The notes beneath the pieces are model-generated. The model was not told the origin of the DNA. It ran no database searches and was given only the letters and a program-made list of their open reading frames with translations. Shown piece by piece: positions 28,211-31,155 of a stretch of DNA of 31,155 bases. This DNA is from a virus (taxonomy: Duplodnaviria > Caudoviricetes): the IMG/VR virus record IMGVR_UViG_3300002091_000847, positions 1 to 31,155 of that record. The stretch is one strand, 5' to 3'. The number at the start of each line of letters is the position of its first letter. Positions within the stretch are counted from its first letter, which is position 1. A program made the translations under genes and the position numbers.

Positions 28211-28578
28211 GACGACCACCTCAATAGGAACAACATCTTGAGTTGTTCGTTTTCAAAAAATATACGAGGCGTCCAACCTGACATATAAACATAACGATTA
28301 GGCATTTTCATATCTAACCAATCAACTAAGGCCAATACACCATTGTAGGAGTTAGGCATATCATGACATGGATACTTGGCTTTTATGAAGTCATTTTCAT
28401 GTTGATGGCCTTTACGATCGTTTAATCTGAGGAACTGCTTGTATTGGGCCTTGCTCATTTTTACCCTAGCCCTTTTAAAGATAGCCTCTTCTGAGATGCT
28501 AACTCCCATGATATCTCTAGCTATGAGGTTTGGCATTGTCTTACGAATCATAGACAATAATACAGGATTGATATTCAT
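28207..28578 (-). CDS. LRW-family protein with N-terminal gp23 (Gol-like) capsid fragment
   Basis: N-terminus NPVLLSMIRKTMPNLIARDIMGV; C-terminus FENEQLKMLFLLRWSS. Confidence 0.72.
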   Translation of the reverse strand: MNINPVLLSMIRKTMPNLIARDIMGVSISEEAIFKRARVKMSKAQYKQFLRLNDRKGHQHENDFIKAKYPCHDMPNSYNGVLALVDWLDMKMPNRYVYMSGWTPRIFFENEQLKMLFLLRWSS

Positions 28579-28640
28579 GACCACCTCAATGCGAAGAACA
28601 CAGCATCTTGTTCATAGTAGGATATATCAAGTCGGGTCAT
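28575..28640 (-). CDS. 21-aa mini-ORF consisting almost only of the LRW motif
   Basis: MTRLDISYYEQDAVFFALRWS*, with ATGA overlaps at both ends. Confidence 0.55.
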   Translation of the reverse strand: MTRLDISYYEQDAVFFALRWS

Positions 28641-28903
28641 ATTATCCTATACCCCTGCGGTATTCTATATGGCCTGCTCTTAAGTATCTGGAAAGTTATC
28701 CAATAATATGAACCATCTCTGGGCAATACCTCCGTAGTAGCATCGTTTCGATTCTTGATATAGAAGAATGATCCGTCACTACGACATTCGATAATATAAT
28801 CACTATCATATGATATACGCATACGGCAGTGATCTGATAACCAATACTTGTGATTCTCATACCTATCAATGAGATGCTCATTTATTTCAAATAGATATGT
28901 CAT
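28637..28903 (-). CDS. Hypothetical protein inside array 2, lacking the terminal motif
   Basis: ATGA-coupled start after GAGGTG. Confidence 0.62.
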   Translation of the reverse strand: MTYLFEINEHLIDRYENHKYWLSDHCRMRISYDSDYIIECRSDGSFFYIKNRNDATTEVLPRDGSYYWITFQILKSRPYRIPQGYRII

Positions 28904-29160
28904 GACCACCTCAATGCGAACAGCATAGCATCTTCGCTATTACGAAAGTGGAACTTATAATGAGCATGATCACGGGGACCACACCAGAAGCAACACCAAG
29001 AGCCTGTACGATAACCCACAGCCTCCCAGCGGGGTCCGAACTTTTCCTCACACCATGCCTTGCTCTCTCGGAACAACTGATCATGTGTCGATCGGTCAGG
29101 ATTTCTTCCCTTCTTTACACGAATAGCATAAGGCCAATCAGAAGGCATGGATTTGTTCAT
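28900..29160 (-). CDS. LRW-family small protein (..FRNSEDAMLFALRWS)
   Basis: Overlaps the tilS 3' end; WCEEKFG..W motif plus the shared C-terminus. Confidence 0.72.
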   Translation of the reverse strand: MNKSMPSDWPYAIRVKKGRNPDRSTHDQLFRESKAWCEEKFGPRWEAVGYRTGSWCCFWCGPRDHAHYKFHFRNSEDAMLFALRWS

Positions 29161-29752
29161 CTAACATAACCTTCTTGACTACTTTGTGTAAACCTGGATT
29201 CACTCGCAGCATATTGGGCACGAGGAACAGCCTAACCAACACACGCCCGAACTTGGTATTGGGATCGTCATTGGTTGGATCGTTGATATAGGGAACCGTA
29301 TGTCGCATAGCCCAATCCAAGAACTCCTGCTTGCGATTCAGCCTGAACGGACGGAACACATTAGTATGGCGATAGTTGATAACACGAGGACGATCCCCGT
29401 GGCAGGCAGTGAACGCCCATTCTTCCACACAGTCATCCAAGTGATGTGCCATAGCGATCTCTGTGTCCTGTGCTTTGAAGAAAGCATAACGCTCGTCACG
29501 CCAGAACTCTTCCCAACTCTTACTCTTGGGCTTTTCCTTCTGTAGGAAGTCAATAGTGAACGGTAAGTTATGCTTCTGGCAATAGTCAACGACCAACGCC
29601 ATAGCCTTAGCACCATACTCAGTCCCGTGGTTGTAGTGGTACACATGGACATCGTGCTTGCGACGCAAGAAATCCAATGCGACCATGCTGTCAACACCGC
29701 CGCTGACTGCTACACCAACCTTACGAGGGATCGTTCCCTGGATCTTTAGCAT
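29138..29752 (-). CDS. tilS: Minimal tRNA(Ile)-lysidine synthetase-like PP-loop ATPase
   Basis: VAVSGGVDSM, YNHG, E...R..RY.FF, AHHLDD..E, RP and DPTN; only the catalytic N-terminal domain (204 aa). Confidence 0.82.
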   Translation of the reverse strand: MLKIQGTIPRKVGVAVSGGVDSMVALDFLRRKHDVHVYHYNHGTEYGAKAMALVVDYCQKHNLPFTIDFLQKEKPKSKSWEEFWRDERYAFFKAQDTEIAMAHHLDDCVEEWAFTACHGDRPRVINYRHTNVFRPFRLNRKQEFLDWAMRHTVPYINDPTNDDPNTKFGRVLVRLFLVPNMLRVNPGLHKVVKKVMLDEQIHAF

Positions 29753-29987
29753 TTTCTCTCTCTGCTGCTTTGCCTAATACGTAGAGATATACTTCGTTAT
29801 TCAGATCTTCATACCACTCGCTGATATAAAAACTCAACACTGTTGCTCCTGCGAATGTCCACCAATCTTCTGTTAGCCCCAACTTAATTAGGATCGCATT
29901 TACTAACAGGCTCAATGGAAACATAACTATCGAGAACTTGGCCACGAGGTACAGTATAAAAGAAGGTCGTTCAACATCACTCATCAT
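29721..29987 (-). CDS. Small membrane protein (2 TM)
   Basis: Two hydrophobic segments; overlaps both neighbours. Confidence 0.6.
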   Translation of the reverse strand: MMSDVERPSFILYLVAKFSIVMFPLSLLVNAILIKLGLTEDWWTFAGATVLSFYISEWYEDLNNEVYLYVLGKAAERENAKDPGNDPS

Positions 29988-30324
29988 TTAATCTCTTTCC
30001 CTTTTTGATCATGTTAGTAAGATCTCGATTACGGTAGTCTTGCTCTTTGCGGGAGATTGCTTTTTCAGATGTAGCACCCAACACGAACAGGTATTGTCGT
30101 GCCTGGTACCACCCTCTGAGGAAGGTGTGTAGTTCCTCTGCTGTTCCACTGGCTAATGCGATGTCGCGTGTGTAGACGGGCAAGTGTTCGCCATGTGTGA
30201 CTAGAGACAACACGTTTCCGCTTGAGATCCAGTCATGCGGCCCAACTTTGAGTTTCAAGCCATTGTGTTCCGCCATATCCTCGAGGTCTCGGAGTTTCTT
30301 GTAATGATATGCTGTGGTTTCCAT
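29977..30324 (-). CDS. Hypothetical protein
   Basis: SD AGGAG and a promoter upstream. Confidence 0.68.
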   Translation of the reverse strand: METTAYHYKKLRDLEDMAEHNGLKLKVGPHDWISSGNVLSLVTHGEHLPVYTRDIALASGTAEELHTFLRGWYQARQYLFVLGATSEKAISRKEQDYRNRDLTNMIKKGKRLNDE

Positions 30325-30345
30325 CTTACGCTCCTATTATTATGT

Positions 30346-30374
30346 ATAATAGCACAAGACTCGCAGGACGTCAA
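30346..30374 (-). promoter_or_regulatory. Sigma70-type promoter heading the tilS/array 2 operon
   Basis: TTGACG-N17-TATTAT with extended TG. Confidence 0.65.
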
Positions 30375-31069
30375 CTGCCTATGCGGTACGATCCATTTAC
30401 CACAGTTACAGGTATTGGCTGTTGGTATGTCTCGAACCAATCCCAACCCTGCTTTAACTCTTTCCAAAACAGATAGTCCTTGTGATCGCTACGGCCTGAC
30501 ATGCCCCAGAAGTTCATACGGAATGGATATATCTGTAGTTGGACTTCTCTCTGTCCACCCTGTAGGGCATCACGCACAGCAGCATATACTTCTTCCATAT
30601 GCTGATCCGTTATAGCATAACAGCCGATACTAGAACAAGCACCGTGTATCATAAGCGAGTCACCTGTATAACGATGATAACGATCACGAGCATTTGGAAA
30701 GCCCGTGTTGATAGACAAGTATTCTTTGCTAAACGGATTGAGGCTGCTCTGTGTTATAGTGTAGAAGCCCTCGGGTGCTTGCCTATCTCCCGTCTTACGC
30801 TTTGGTCCCAGTTCTCCACTGAAGGTACAGATTGGATAGGTCTTAACACGAGTCCAGCCTCGGGAACCTTGCCGCCACAGTTCCAGTTCGTGTGTGTCTT
30901 TGATGATGCGTATCATCGCAGGATCATTAGGGCTTGTTGCTACCGTAGAACTCGCCTGTTTAACAAGGCCCCGCTGTGGATTATTACGGCTGTATTGCAA
31001 CTGCTTGTCGTTCGTAGACACACAGCCACAGAGCAACACTGCTAGAAACATTATATATATCGTCCGCAT
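30371..31069 (-). CDS. YkuD-family L,D-transpeptidase (YafK/DpaA-like) lipoprotein
   Basis: Lipobox LCGC; IRIIK...ELELW, YPIC.FSG.LGPK...GDRQAPEGFY, LNP.S..YLS...GFPN..D, catalytic MIHGACSSIGCYA. Confidence 0.9.
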   Translation of the reverse strand: MRTIYIMFLAVLLCGCVSTNDKQLQYSRNNPQRGLVKQASSTVATSPNDPAMIRIIKDTHELELWRQGSRGWTRVKTYPICTFSGELGPKRKTGDRQAPEGFYTITQSSLNPFSKEYLSINTGFPNARDRYHRYTGDSLMIHGACSSIGCYAITDQHMEEVYAAVRDALQGGQREVQLQIYPFRMNFWGMSGRSDHKDYLFWKELKQGWDWFETYQQPIPVTVVNGSYRIGS

Positions 31070-31071
31070 GA

Positions 31072-31155
31072 TTATTCCCTAATAAAGTCGTAGATGATGA
31101 TAGCGGTCATCACAAGGGTAGGAATACCGATTAGGCAGACCGCCGCTGCGAAATA
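31072..31155 (-). CDS. 3' end of a probable membrane protein (partial)
   Basis: Open from the window edge: YFAAAVCLIGIPTLVMTAIIIYDFIRE*. Confidence 0.5.
   Translation of the reverse strand, partial: YFAAAVCLIGIPTLVMTAIIIYDFIRE

Larger units (their letters stand above)
27332..28920 (-). repeat. Dispersed 21-23-nt junction repeat TTC(C/G)(T/C)ATTGAGGTGGTCATGA
   Basis: Plus-strand tcatgaccacctcaataggaaca at 27332 and 28019 (exact, 23 nt) and at 28207 (3-nt insertion); tcatgaccacctcaatgcgaa at 28575 and 28900 (exact, 21 nt). Degenerate copies at 27532, 27771, 23663, 23899 and 24078. Confidence 0.9.

Noticed and set aside
23663-28909. Track starts at GTG within GAGGTGG (MGM.., MVM.., MEL..)
   Set aside because: That GTG is part of the SD; the overlapping ATGA, GTGA or TGATG start 6-9 nt downstream has proper SD spacing.
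23469-29160. Junction repeats as a CRISPR array, integron attC sites or DGR TR/VR pair
   Set aside because: The repeats are coding, non-palindromic and irregularly spaced (about 180-370 nt). No cas, integrase or reverse transcriptase gene is in the window, and there is no adenine-specific mismatch pattern.

Overview
This window looks like part of a large tailed phage genome (T4-like or jumbo myovirus style), probably infecting an alphaproteobacterium (Rhizobiales-like), judged from my recall of the closest PstS, OlsB, PlcP, Agt, YccA and L,D-transpeptidase sequences. Almost all genes are on the minus strand, densely packed, with overlapping stop/start codons. Left (1-9360): glycine-rich and collagen-like fibre genes next to a curli-like secretion module (csgF, csgG, two curlin-repeat proteins, a FecR-domain protein); its first RBS sits in a hairpin whose loop carries a TAAATA late-promoter-like element. 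Middle (9399-18405): accessory genes including an MBD4-like glycosylase, SGNH hydrolase, YccA/BI-1, phosphoesterase, FTR1-like permease, split RNA-repair set (Rnl1, kinase, HAD phosphatase) and an isolated + strand gp9/gp10-like fibre protein. 18448-22689: a candidate phosphate-starvation lipid-remodelling regulon (olsB, pstS, acidic protein, plcP, small protein, agt-like glycosyltransferase) with two matching Pho boxes. 22692-29160: two tandem arrays of about 14-16 small divergent ORFs sharing a C-terminal F-x-L-[RK]-W motif, often encoded by a near-identical junction (TTGAGGTGGTCATGA) that doubles as SD, stop and next start. One member carries a Gol-peptide-like major capsid fragment and one is a 21-aa motif-only mini-ORF. 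All family calls come from motif recognition by eye, not from database searches.
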